DNA of 64,000 nt from Rhynchobatus australiae (Eukaryota): the NCBI GenBank assembly GCA_034780895.1, contig JAUZTB010000066.1, forward strand, positions 28,978,150 to 29,042,149, given 5' to 3'. The translations under genes were made by a program, and so were the position numbers. Numbering within the stretch: position 1 is the first letter of the stretch; every line of letters starts with the position of its first letter. Of the stretch, positions 25,443 to 38,410 are shown in pieces. The notes beneath the pieces are model-generated. The model saw only the letters and a list, made by a program, of their open reading frames with translations. It was not told where the DNA came from and searched no databases.

Positions 25443-25679
25443 AGATTTGAGCTTGATATATCTGGTAAGTTGCAAAGTTCCTTCTATAATTTGGTGATTC
25501 TCACAAGCGGCTGACACTATTTCAGTCACCTCTTGCCAACCTCTTCTAATGATACTCCTGACAGGTTCACTGGTCCCAAAGTGCACAAGGCCTCCCTCTC
25601 AGCAGGTGTTGCTTGAACGAAGACTCTCTGAATGCACTTAGGAGCTCTCTCCCTCTCCCCTAAAGCCTCTTTCCACCAT
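25443..25679 (-). pseudogene. Decayed Myb/SANT-like DNA-binding ORF, probably from a Harbinger transposon
   Basis: Frameshifted RERAPK..RVFVQA..EREAL..IIRRGWQEVTEIVSA ending at a gtaagt donor. Confidence 0.45.
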
Positions 25680-27759
25680 GGAAGCCATTGCATGCCTTCT
25701 GCCACACTACTGGCGGTGGCATGAAACTATGGTCCCAATGGAACTATCCACACCCTGCTTTAGTGCACATTTCTGGTTTTAAATCACATTGTAGCCATTT
25801 CAAATGTCTTTAGGTCAACTTTATTGTTTCATTTCAGGGACTCCATATGGATGCAAGTGCAAAACACTAAGGTTTAGCACATCAAGAAAGCACCAATTCT
25901 AATTCTTTACCATTTGCTGAGAAAGGTTTTGAAGACAGACAAGATTCTGTAACTACTTATAGTGGAGTGTAGGCAGCCAAGAGGAGATGATAGCTTTGTT
26001 AAAGTTTTTCGTTGTTTGCTTTATCACCTCTTTAGATTCAGTACTGAAATGTCATTAATTAAAATGGTTTCTAAAAGGGAGGAGAGGAGCCAGGAGATAG
26101 CACTTATTGAAACAAAGATCACTTTGTCACAATTTCAGAAGTTAGAATGACCAAGAGATCCAGAAGTGAATTAACTAGAGAAACAAGGCATTCCTGGATT
26201 GGAAGCTCCACCATGTCTCAGGGGAAAAGAAATAGCTCCATCAGCACTTAAAGGTTCAGGTCCAAGAGAAATCCAGTGACCGAAAGAACAGACAATGGGT
26301 GGATACATTCACAGAAGTTCCAGCAGTTCACTTATACCCATAACACAAGCTGATTTTTCAGAGCTGTCAATACCATCAACAGTCCAAACATCCACCTTAC
26401 CAACAGGCAAGAATGGAGGTGAACTTGCCAAGGCAAGGAGACAAGAGGTGCCTCCTGAAAAAAAAATTCATCTTCATATTACATCTGCTACCTGATGGCT
26501 TGAAAGTCATGATCTTAACCTATGGGCCACATCAGACTTGATCTCCATCTCGGCTGGTGTCAAGCATCATCACCCCAACACTTTCCTCAATCTTTCTTGT
26601 TGCAATGCTGCACCTCATCTCCCACAAGATCCCTGCTGTTTTGGAGTTAATCTACAGGGCAGATGGGAAACTGATTATTCTCCGTCAGCTACACACTCAA
26701 GAGGAGCATGGACCTTACACTAAAATGTCTGCAAAACAAAGGTCCCCCACCAAATAGTCCCCAACGCACAGCACTGCCCTCTGAAAATAAAAGTTCCACA
26801 ATGAGACCTTGAAAGAAATGGGACAACTTGTCATATCTAGGAGCCATCTCTCAAAGCCAAATATTAATGATAAAATTCACTGTTTTCTTCTGTACATCAA
26901 CACAGCCTTTAGCCATCCAAAAGGAGAATTAAGATCAAGACCTCAAGCCTGAATACTGGTTGATCCTGGTCGATTGAGGAGTTACCACCAATGTGATCTC
27001 CACAAAGTTTTCCAGATCAACTTGAAGGTAATCAGTGTCTTCTTTAAAGCTAAAATCCCTAGTACAGTGACTAGAATTACATATAGCCAGCTCCGATGAG
27101 TGTGCCACATCGTTCACAGGACACAAGACTCCTGAAACAGACATTTAACTCTGAGTTTCACTCCAGCAAGTGATTACCAGATCATCAGCCACTTCAGAAC
27201 TTTGTCTCCATTTAAGTAATCCTCAACCCTAAAGGACTGTCTAAAAAGGAGTGTAAGTTAGAGACATTGGCATACTGTACAAACTTGATATTGCCTATTC
27301 CCAACTCCTGTGCACACCTGTGGAAAAGAAATAGCACCAACGTTAGTTAAAAACTCTGAACGCCAAGGTCTCTCATTTTGCAGTCTGTCACCAATCCCAA
27401 TTGGCCTGGTAATCCCCTTAACCTGTTGCACCTGAAGTCNNNNNNNNNNAGCAGTCTGTGGGTGCACATATGCAGAATACAACAGTGATCCAACTACTCC
27501 TGTTGTGTAATACACATGCACTTTAGAGCAGAGGTTATTAAACAACAAATCAGGAGTGAATTGTGACTGGTTCTCTTTCTATTAAGCACCTTCATCAAAC
27601 CTCCAGCTGACATCAGTCCAGAATGGGATCAAACCCAAGATCACCTTCATTTGGTATCAAACAGTACAGAAAGAGGACATTTGGCCTAATTTATCAGTGC
27701 CAGTTTTTGACTGAAACAGCAATTTCTCCTGTTCTAACTATCTAAATGCTAGATCCAAG

Positions 27760-28312
27760 AAAGCACACCACCACCTCTACTTCCTCAGAAGGCTAAGGAA
27801 GTTCAGCAATTTTTTTTTACATAGATGCACCATAGAAACCATCCTAACTGGATGCATCACAGCTTGGTATGGTAACTGCTCTGCCTAAGGCCACAAGAAA
27901 TTGCAACGAGTTGTAAAGGCAACCCAGTCCATCACTCAACCCAGCTTCCCCTCCACTGACTCAGTCTACACTTGCCTCCTCGGGAACGCAGCCAACATAA
28001 TCAATGTCTCCTCCAATCCCGGTCATTCTTTCTTCTCCCCTCTCCTGTGGGGCAGTAGATACAAAAAGCTTGAGAGCACAGGCCACCAGGCTGAAGAACA
28101 GCTTCAATCCTGTTGTTATCACTGACCCCTCATACGCTAAAAGATGAACTCTTGATCTCCCAATCTACCCTGTCGTGGCCCTTGCAGTTTATCTGTCTGC
28201 CTGCACTGTGCTTTCTCTGGAACCATAACACACGATATTCTGCATTTTGTTCTGCAAACAAAAACTTTTCACTGTATCTCGGTATATGTGACAATAACAA
28301 ACCAATATCAAA
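27760..28312 (+). mobile_element. Rex1/Babar-type LINE 3' fragment
   Basis: ctctacttcctcagaaggctaaggaagttc (LYFLRRLRKF), CITAWYGNC, LQRVVK; same tail as the copy at 969-1480. Confidence 0.82.
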
Positions 28313-29151
28313 TTAAGTATCCCACTCCAGCTCTTTGCATGTATGCCTAAATACTTCCCCTTTTCATGCATGTCAGATTAGTTTTAGAAATTCATCGCTG
28401 AATCTGATTTCTCAACACTTTTATGACAAGACATTGTGGATCAAAGCAACTTGCCTTCGAATGCACATCTCACAGCACTCATTTTCACAAAACATTATTC
28501 TGCTTGCTCTGCCTCTTGTGACATAATAATTGGAAGTAACAAGTGCTTGTTCTGCCACAATACACAACACTCCTCATGCAGAACATTAGGAGACAGCAGC
28601 AGTTTCCACAGACTTGATAAATATTAAACAATCTACCCACCATCTTCTGCATTCTAAATGGTGGACTGGGTTGAGTTGTTAAGTGCTCCGGTTATTCTCA
28701 AGGGGCTAAGAGAAGCATCTAAACCTTACAGAGCATTACTTCTTTGTAGTGTGGCCACTGTTTCAAGCAGCTTCTGAGAGAATGGTAACCATAACATGGC
28801 TCTTACCATTTCCCTCTAGGTTTCAAGATTATGTGCAACTGTGTTTTCTGTAATGAATACAAGACAAACCCAGCACACCACTGCAACACACAACTCCAAG
28901 AGGCTCGCACTTCAATGTGTATTATCCTTATCTGGCTTCTTAAATCCATGATGCTCAGTGTTTCTTTTAATGTCATTGCTTGCTAGACAGAATAGTACAA
29001 GACAGCATTGAAAATCGTCTGACAGATGCCAAATAAATAATGTCAGCCCTGCTTGGCATTGTCATCTTGCTCTCAGCAATAATGATTTAAATGTTTTTTT
29101 TCCCCCACAAATGGTGTATCTGTGTGATTTTAATCTTCAAAAGGAGCTTAC

Positions 29152-29227
29152 CTCCGGAAGCTGTGGAATCTGGATCAGTCGCTTGAAATATTGTAGATTG
29201 CTGGATCTATAAAATAACTCTTTCAGT
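29152..29227 (-). CDS. HIP1: HIP1 coding exon 6 of 9, LKELFYRSSNLQYFKRLIQIPQLPE
   Basis: 76 nt, ttcacag| acceptor, |gtaagc donor, phase 2/0; not in the supplied ORF track, translated by hand. Confidence 0.95.
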
Positions 29228-30242
29228 CTGTGAAATAAAAATAGTAAAATTGTCAAACACACTCTTAATAAAGGGTAAATTAAAAGTCAACTTGCTAGGT
29301 GTTATACTGTCCAGAAATCTAGTGTTTTGAGGGAGAAAATAGGCAGGATATCATAGTTAAGTATACAGACATTTTCTCCCCTGCTTATGGATCACATCTC
29401 TGACAAATCCATCAAAATAATCAATGAATGCTACTTACAATTAGAAAAATCTTTAAACATCAGCAACAGACCAGTGCACAATGAAGAGGTTTGTAAAGAT
29501 GGGGTTTAGAGACAGAAACTCATTAAACTATGCAATAAGAATTGAATGTGTGTAATGTTTTAGAGAAAATAGATACCAGTTACTGGAAGACATTTGCTAT
29601 TTTAGGAATCAATAATTTTTCTGGTAATTGATGATCAGAGACATTCCAGGGACATAAAAATACATAATTCAAAGAATGGTCAATATAAAATCCCACCAGT
29701 CACTCCACATACACTCCATCCCACTTCTACTTCATCAAGACCCATGGCTCTGCTTATTTAGCATCCTGGGCCTTCAATCATTGACTGGATATCACATTAC
29801 AAACATCCTTAGCTTTGCTGCATCCATCCCCTATCTCCATTGTCAACAGCCATATTAAAATCCCGTCTTCTTTAGCACATTTTTGGCTCCTTCCCTTAAC
29901 TTCCTTCCTGCGTTATAATAATGGTCACATTTCAAAACTCTGTGGTTGTGAAAGACACTACTTAATTTCATATTTTTATTTCACTCTCTTAGGTTTAACA
30001 GCATATATAAGGTCTTAAGATACTTTGCAATAATGCAAGCACCATACAGATAAAAGTAACATTTGGCGACACTACAAAAAGTCCATTACAGGAAAAAACT
30101 CTCTATTCAGCTATACGTTAAAAGTTAGCAAAGCAAAAACATAGCAGGTTCAAAGACGAGCTTTATTGAGGAAACAGCATTGATTTCACAATGTTAATGA
30201 CTGAGGTGGAGGGGCAACAGGATGAGATAAGCTACTACTTAC

Positions 30243-30300
30243 TTTTTGAACTGTTCATGAAACCGATCTCTATGACCTTGTAATGTGTCAGCTGGGAGAC
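30243..30300 (-). CDS. HIP1: HIP1 coding exon 5 of 9, LPADTLQGHRDRFHEQFK(K)
   Basis: 58 nt, cctgcag| acceptor, |gtaagt donor, phase 1/2. Confidence 0.95.
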
Positions 30301-32426
30301 CTGCAGGAAAATGCCATTTTAAAACCAACACTACAAAGAAGCATTCTACAAAGAAGGCAAAGACACAGCTATTTGAATTAGTTATAGAAAATTTTAATTG
30401 TTTATGAACAGCTTTCACTGTTTTGGTAGTGTTTCTAAAACTGAAGGGAAAGCTATTCAAGACAGCTGTTGAAAATCAGATGATGCACCATGTTCCAGCC
30501 TTTCCTACAACGATTTTACTTGCAAGTTTGAGAACCAGAATGAGTTTACTGGAGTCTCGCTTAACATGATCAGTACAAGAAATATTTGCTCTCTAAAAAT
30601 ATGGCTGTTACAGCCGAATCCTGGATTTTATTCCAGATTTGTACTCAGGCCTCAATGTGGGTAGAAGAATAAACAGAGGTTAATTTACCAGTCAGTCAAT
30701 TCTATTTAAAAAAGAGGAGTAAAACNNNNNNNNNNNNNNNNNNNNNNNNNNNNNNNAATTTCATGATCAATTGTGGGTCCTTTGGGAATTTTAAGTGAAG
30801 GTTGTCATATTTTGTTTCAGGAATTTCTGAAGAAACTTGTAGTTAATGGCTTCCTATTGACATCCTCAACTAGAATCTAATTTTGTTCAACAATGGCAAA
30901 CACCCCAGATCCCCTACCACACACTACCCCTACAGTACAGTACTGCTAGGACACACAGCTCTATCTAGCCAAATCTTTAAAACACAGTGCATATCTGGGT
31001 GGCTCCTAAGCCTTCAGAATTGGGTGACACGTGCCTCAAATTTTTTTTAGCTGTGTTGTATTCCTTTAGATAAATCGATAGTATGTATGCTCAGAAACAT
31101 TGTTTAAAAACTTCAAATGTAGCATTTGTTTTAGTTATTAAAACTACTGATCAAGATCAGTTCCCTCAATTCTCCTCATAGAGACTTGTCTCTGACATCC
31201 ATTTCCTTCCCCCTCCCATCTCTATCATCCCAACTTGGGCTCTTCACAGATCCCGGAGCCCTTGGCTAATTTCGTTATTTGAACAAGTTCTGCTTTTTTC
31301 CTAGTCACTTTGATAAACACCTAAGTGACTGTAAATCATCAGTTTCTTTTAAGTGGTTTGCAAGGCTTGATTCTACCTGCAGGTAGTGGCATTGTTGTAG
31401 CTGTGTAGTTAGGCATGGACACCATCACATAGTTTTAAAGACAGTGTGTACGCTGGCTATGAATAAACTTTATCATTCACAACCCTGCTCGATATCTTAG
31501 AACTTGGATAAAGGACACCAGAGTTAAACTGCCCAGTCAATCACTTAGATAGCCAAAAAGAAAAGTTGTATATCAGTCATAACCTAACTTATCAAATCTC
31601 CTCAAAAGAGAAATATTTCTGAACCCCAGGGACCCAATCAACACAGAGGGGAGAAAAGCACCAAAAACAGAAAGATTGGGCAAAGGAAATGGACTAAAGA
31701 TAACTGATATTTTCTTAAGTTTTAGATGGTGGGTGGAGTGCCAATCAATTGGAGTGTTTCGTCCTGAATGATGTTAAACATGAGGAACTGCATTCATCCA
31801 AGAAGTGCAGAATATTCCATCACTTGACAGAAAGTGCTTGAAGTATTTAAAATATGAGTCACTTAATTGCAAAATACCAAGCTCTGAACCTCATAGCTAT
31901 TGTATTTATCTAACCAGCTTAGTTGAGTTTCTGGTCAATAGTGACCACCAGGAAGTTCACGTTGCTGATATCAGAGGAAAGTGTCTGGTCTTTCCATTGT
32001 TGACTACGATCATGGCAAATGCTCCAGGCCACTCATCAGTCCCAACCCCTGAGTCGTCCATGTCTTGCTACATGCAGGATCATCTATCTGAAGTGATGCA
32101 AATAGAAGCGAACACTGTGTAATCATGAGCATAGATCCCCAGTTATGACCAGTCACGGCCACCTTCCTCCAATCCCAGCCAATGGAGAGCTTTGCTAAAT
32201 TCCTCATGGTCCCAATGTTACTCGGATTCCTCAAGGCCACAAAGTTGTGTTAGTGACGGAAGCCTAACTTCCAAATTTTTCCATCATTCTCCTGCATTCC
32301 AGGCCTGCTGCCTAACTATTCATGAATCATATGACACTGAGCCACAGTCTACGTGCAGCATTGCCTGACACAGAACATTCATGACACTAAGTTGGCTTAT
32401 GAAGCAAATGGTGCATTCATACTTAC

Positions 32427-32567
32427 AGGAATGTAACTTGAAGAGAAGTTTAACTGTGTAATCATAGAGGTGGCTGCTGTCAAGAATAACCTGAATTAGA
32501 GGTGCTAATCGACACTGGCCAGCTGCTGTTACAGAGACCGATCTTGACATGTCCAGAGAACTAAACA
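32427..32567 (-). CDS. HIP1: HIP1 coding exon 4 of 9, FSSLDMSRSVSVTAAGQCRLAPLIQVILDSSHLYDYTVKLLFKLHS(C)
   Basis: 141 nt, ttgcag| acceptor, |gtaagt donor, phase 1/1; DMSRSVSVTAAGQCRLAPLIQVILD is HIP1-type rather than HIP1R-type. Confidence 0.96.
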
Positions 32568-33509
32568 CTGCAAAACAAAAGGGAAACTGTATCACCAAAC
32601 AGAACTAACAAAGCAACTCTGTATCAGACATAAACAAAGCACATTCAGCAAACTATCCCTGCAGCTCAACACTTGGGACATCCTGCTAAATAATCTACTC
32701 TTACGAAACACACAGAGATACTTATCCATAAAATGCTTTGGGTATGTCTCCAAAAGATAATTTATCACAAGGGATTTGCAAGTTCCATTGACAGAGAAGA
32801 AACAAAAGTATCACAGAGGGTCAAATGAGGAATGCACTATCCAGATAATGAAGGTTACTGGAACACATTGCTTGATCACAAGAAATGGTTAAGGCAGAGA
32901 TTGTGGCATCTTTTAAAGAAATGGTAATTAAATAATTGAAGTAAACGAAGAAAGTTGTCTAAGAGTGATGGACAATGCAATTATTTCTGAAATGCTCACA
33001 AATAAAGTGATTCAAGTTACCACCTCATGTGCTGTGAAGTTTGGTCTTAGCCTCCTCGACATTATTTTTTAAAAATTTCTGCTCAGCTTTTCAATATTCA
33101 ATTTTCTTCTTCATTTTTGAGAAACACCTTGAAATGCCATTCATTCTAACTTCCCTACTAGTGTGAGCAATTCTACCTCATTGAGGGAAGACAGCACTTT
33201 TAGCTAGCTGACTGACGCTAACCAGTAGAGAAGGTTTGGAGAGATCAATGCCAAAGTCAATGGAAATAGTCAGAATTTCTTTAAGTCAAAAAGTTAAGTG
33301 CGTCCTGAATAGACAGCAACACTCTGGCAAACAGAGCAAACTACATGTCCCTTCAACTCCATTACCCACCCTAGTGCAGTGGCTACTAATCCGAAACTCA
33401 CCTAAACCCTTCTAATACAGGGTAGTTTGGAGAGGATACCCAATTATCGATATTCCTATATAAAAGGATTTACAGCATAAGAAACAAAAGTCAAAATCTG
33501 GTTAAAAGG

Positions 33510-34013
33510 CCAGTAATGATGAGCCTTGTCAGTGGAGTGTTCTGGGTTCAACTGTCTTCAGTTGCTTCATTGACCTTACTTCCAACACAAGTCCAGAACT
33601 GAAGATGTTTGCTGATCACTGTACAGTTCCTTTCATTTGGAACTCCTCTGCAAATGAAGGAGCCTGTGCCTGCATCCAGAAAGATCTGTACAACAGTCAG
33701 GCACAGGTGGATAAGGGGCAAGTAAGTTACTCCACAGAAGTATCAGGTAACGATCATCTCCAGCCCAGCGAAAGAACTTGACCACGTACCCTTGATGGCT
33801 TTACCATTGCCAAATCCCACATCATCAGCATCCTGGTGATCACTACTGACCAGAAACTCAGCTAGACTTGTCACATCAATACTACAGTTATAATAGCAGA
33901 CGAGAAGCTGGGTTTCCTGTTGTAAGTGACTCACCTCCTCACACCCACAAAGCCTTTCCACAAGCTACAAGGCACAGTTCAAAAGCATGACTGAATACTC
34001 TAAACTTATCTGA
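33510..34013 (+). mobile_element. CR1-clade LINE RT fragment; its tail appears to resume at ~34625-34780 after another CR1 3' end (34297-34620)
   Basis: ggagtgttctgggttcaactgtcttcagttgcttcatt..atgtttgctgat resembles GSVLGP..FSCFI..MFAD. Confidence 0.65.
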
Positions 34014-35164
34014 NNNNNNNNNNNNNNNNNNNNNNNNNNNNNNNNNNNNNNNNNNNNNNNNNNNNNNNNNNNNNNNNNNNNNNNNNNNNNNNNNNNNNNN
34101 NNNNNNNNNNNNNNNNNNNNNNNNNNNNNNNNNNNNNNNNNNNNNNNNNNNNNNNNNNNNNNNNNNNNNNNNNNNNNNNNNNNNNNNNNNNNNNNNNNNN
34201 NNNNNNNNNNNNNNNNNNNNNNNNNNNNNNNNNNNNNNNNNNNNNNNNNNNNNNNNNNNNNNNNNNNNNNNNNNNNNNNNNNNNNNNNNNNNNNNTATTG
34301 ACATGGAGGACGTGAATAGAATGGAGAACTAAGGGGTCTCTTTAAAAATAAGGGGTTGTCCATTTAAGATAGAGATAAGTCTTTTTTTCCTCAGAGCACT
34401 GAGCGTCTCTAGAATTCATTTTCTCAAAGGATGGTAGATACACAGTCAAATATTTTAATGGCAGAGATAGATAAACATTGGATAAGAAAGGGTGTAAAAG
34501 GTTAGCAGGCACAGAGAGGAATGCAAAGTTGAAGTTATAATCAGATCAGCGATGACTTTTTCAAATGGTGGAGCAGGCTCAAGAGGCTAAGTACCAACTC
34601 CTGCTGCTAATTCATCCATCTGTACTTGTTCCTTCATCATCACTGGGTCCAAGTGCTGGCAATCTAAACCCGACAGCATTGTGGAATTACCTTTACCAGA
34701 TGACCCGCAGCTTTTGAAGAAAGAGGCTTCAAGGGCAATTAGGACTAGTAATAAATGTTGCCACATCCAAAAATAAAAATGGTTAACCATTCATGGCCTC
34801 CCTTCAGTGAGGTTATCTGAACATTTCATGCTTTTAACCATATCCCTTTTTCCACTGGAGATCATAGTATCTTATTTGCATATGGAAGCAAGTAAATATC
34901 CCACGGGTCACAAACACTAATTCACTTCTCGGAGTCTGATGTGACATTGAACAAAATATTCTGTGCAATATATTCCAGGGCACTCTTCTATCTCCACTGA
35001 AACCCAATCCCCTCCCCATAATACCTTCCCGTGCAACCCAACACACCCCCTGCCATCTCCTCCTCTTCCTGCCAGGGTCCTAAATAATCCCTCAAACCAA
35101 GCAGCAATTTACTTGCATTTCTTTCAGCTTTGTATATGATATTTACTGTGCACTATATAGTCTC

Positions 35165-36250
35165 ACATTGCAGCAAGCCTTTTGAAATCCCGCACTGTAG
35201 GCTGATCCACAAGATTAAACACATGGGATCCGAGGTAGCTTGGCAAACTGAATCCAAAATAGACTTGGTGATAGGACGCAGAGGGCAGTGGTGGACGGTG
35301 GTTTTTCTGATTGGATTGGTGCTGGGACTTTTGTTGCTTGTCTCATACATGTAAATGATTTGGATGAGAATGTAGGTGGTCTGATTTGTAACTTTGCTGA
35401 TGACACAACAATTGGTGGAGTTGCAGATAGCAAAGGAAGTTATCTAAGGATACAGAAGTTCATAGATCAGCTGGAAAGTTGGTCGGAGCTGTGGCAGATG
35501 GAACAATCCAGACAAGTAAGAGTTAATGCACTTTTGGATGTCAAATACTGGCAGGACATGTACATTAAATGGCAGGGACCTTAGGAGCGTTGATGCACAG
35601 AGAGACCTTTGGGTGCAAATTCATATGTCCCTGAAAATGGTGACACAAGTGGATAGCGTAGTGAAGAAAGAACTTGGCATGCTTGCCTTCACAGGCCAAG
35701 TCACTGAGTATAAGAGTTGAGATGTCATGTTGCAGCTGCACAAAACTTTGGTTAGGCCGCATTGTGTGCGGTTCTGGTTGCCACACTACAGTAAGGATGT
35801 GGTAGCGAATAGGAAGTACGGAAAAGATTCACTAGGATATTGGCTGTAGTTGTAAGAAGAGATAGGATAGACTGGGTTTGTTCTCACTGGAGCATAGGAC
35901 ACTGAAGGGTGACCTTACAGAGCTTTATAAGACTATGAGGAGAATAGATAGGGTAGCTAGTCAGACTACCCTATAGGTAGAGGAGGCTAAAATGGAGCGC
36001 ATAGCTTTAAGGTGAGAGGGGAGAAACTTAGAGCTCTGAGGGCAAGTTTTTCCACACAGAGGGTAGTGGTTATAAGGAAGGAGCTACCAGAGGCAGAAAC
36101 AATTACAGCATTTAAAAGGCATTTGAATAGGTAAGAATAAGAAAGGAGCAGAAGGACATGGGCCTACTGCAGGCAAATGGGATTAGTACAGATAGGCATG
36201 ACAGTTGGCATGACAATTTAGGCCAAAGGGCTCATTTCTATGCTGTACAA
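35165..36250 (+). mobile_element. CR1 LINE 3' part (RT domain to tail), decayed
   Basis: NDLDENVGGLICNFADDTTIGGVADS, QVDSVVKK..GMLAF; tail gccaaagggctcatttctatgctgtac. Confidence 0.9.
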
Positions 36251-36413
36251 CACTTACATATTCTGCATGGGTAACTACTCTACAGAATAAATCCATTTCA
36301 TCTTCATGTGTGACCCCCAACCCCCACCCAACCAGCTGTCCATCACTTCAATTCTCCCTCTCACACCAATCTTGACCTTGGCCACCTGCACTATCTAGTG
36401 AAGCTCAATGCAA

Positions 36414-37335
36414 GACCATGAGACATAGGAGCAGAATTAGGTTATTCGGCCCTTCGAGTCTGTTCCACCATTCGATCATGGCTTATTTATTTTTCCCTCT
36501 TAACTCCTTTCTCCTGTCTTCTCCCTGTAACCTTTGACGCCCTTACTGATCAACAACCTGTCAACATCCACTCTAAATATACCCAATGACTTGGCCTCCA
36601 AAACCGGCTGTGACAATGAATTCCACAGATTCACCACCCTCTGGCTGAAGAAATTCCTCATTATCTCTGCTCTGAAAGGACATCCTTCTACTCTGAGGCT
36701 GCGCCTCTGGTCAAGACTCTCCCCCTACTGGAAACATCCTTTCTGTGTCCACTCTATCCAGGCCTTTCAATATTCAGTAGGTTTCAATGAGATCCTCCCT
36801 CATTCTTCTAAACTCCAGCAAGTACAGGCCCAGAGCCATCAAACATTCCTCATACATTAATGTTTTCATTCCCAGGATCATTCCTGACAGCCTCCTCTGG
36901 ACCCTCTCTAGTGCCAGCACATCCTTCCTTAGATATGGGGCCCAAAACTGCTCACAATACTCCAAATGTGGTCTGACCGACATCGTATAAAGCCTCAGCA
37001 TTACATCCTTGCTTTTATATTCTGGTGTTCTCAAAATGAATGCTAACATTGCATTTGCCTTCCTTACTCCTGACTCAACCTGCAATTCAACCTTTAGGGA
37101 ATCCTACACTATATTCATTCCCATTTAGAAAATGGGAAATTTTCTAAAATGAATTTTCTAAAAGGAATTTAGAAAATTCCTTCTGCCAAAGTGCATGACC
37201 GTACACTTCCCTACGCTGTATTCCATCTGCCACTTTTTTACTCATTCTCCCGATCTGTCCAAGTCCTTCTGCAGACACCCTGCTTCCTCAACACTACCTG
37301 TCCCTCCACCTATCTTTGTATCATCTGCAAACTTT
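36414..37335 (-). mobile_element. Relatively young CR1 LINE 3' part
   Basis: RKANAMLAFI..VRPHLEYCEQFWAPYLRKDVLALERVQRR in ORF 36774..37085; FADD motif at the 37335 end. Confidence 0.92.
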
Positions 37336-37351
37336 GTATCAAAACTCAAAG

Positions 37352-38410
37352 AACTTAAGAACATATGAAATTCAGGGAGTAGACCATTCCTTCCTGCCTG
37401 CTCTCCCATTCAATAAGATCTTGGATTATCTTTTATCCTCAGTGTCATTTTCCTGCATGAATTCTCAATCCCTTGATTCTCTTAAAATCGATCAATCTTC
37501 TCTTGAATATTCTCAGTGCCTAAGACTTGTTCTTATTCTTTGAACCTGAAAAGAATACAAGCCACATCAACTTGACCTTTCCTCATATTACAAACTCGCA
37601 AACTCAGGAAAAAATTTTGGTAAATTTTCACCTTCATTGCAAGTATGTCCTTACTTAGGCAATGAGACCAGACCTGTAGATATTTCAGATGATGCTACAC
37701 CAGGGTTCTATATATCTGAAACAAGACATCCCTTGTGTGCTGAAATCNNNNAGCAATAAAGGCCAAACCATATGCTTTCCTAACTGCTTGCTGCACCTGC
37801 ATGTTAATTTTCGTGCTTCATGTACAAAGGTAAACAGGTCTCCCCAAACACCAACTTTCAAACTCACCATTTAAAAAGAACTCCATCGTTCCATTTCTTC
37901 TCCTGAAGTGGGTGACCTAACATTATGCACGTTATGTGCCATTTCCCGTGTTCTTGCCTATTTACATAGTTTGTCCAGATGTCATTCTACATCTTCAGAG
38001 AAAATTCTGCCAGCCTGCTTTATATTATTGACAAACTCACTCATACCATTGACAGAGATTCTGAAGAGCTGGGGACCCAGCCACCAATCCCTGTGACACT
38101 GCTTATTAACCGGAACCTGATGTTCCTACTCTCTCCTTTTATCTATTAACTAATCCTTAATCTATGCCAGTGTATTACCCCCAAATATTGTGCACTGTAA
38201 TTTCGTTTAACAAATCTTGCAATGACACTTTAACAAAGGTTTACACAAAGACTACTCATCACATCAACTGGTTCATCCTTATGTATTCCGCTAGCTACAT
38301 CCACAAAAAAATCCAACAAATTCGTCAAACGTGACTTCCCTTTCACAAACCTACATTGACTCTGCTTAATACTGTTATTAATTTCCAAGTACCTTGTTAC
38401 CACATAATTT
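37352..38410 (-). mobile_element. Older CR1 LINE fragment(s)
   Basis: QSQCRFVKGKSRLTNLLDFF..EPVDV RT motif in ORF 38230..38415; CR1 3' end at 37352. Confidence 0.8.

Noticed and set aside
27258-27430. Possible Gypsy integrase remnant (AQELGI..)
   Set aside because: Similarity too short and no other integrase motifs recognised.
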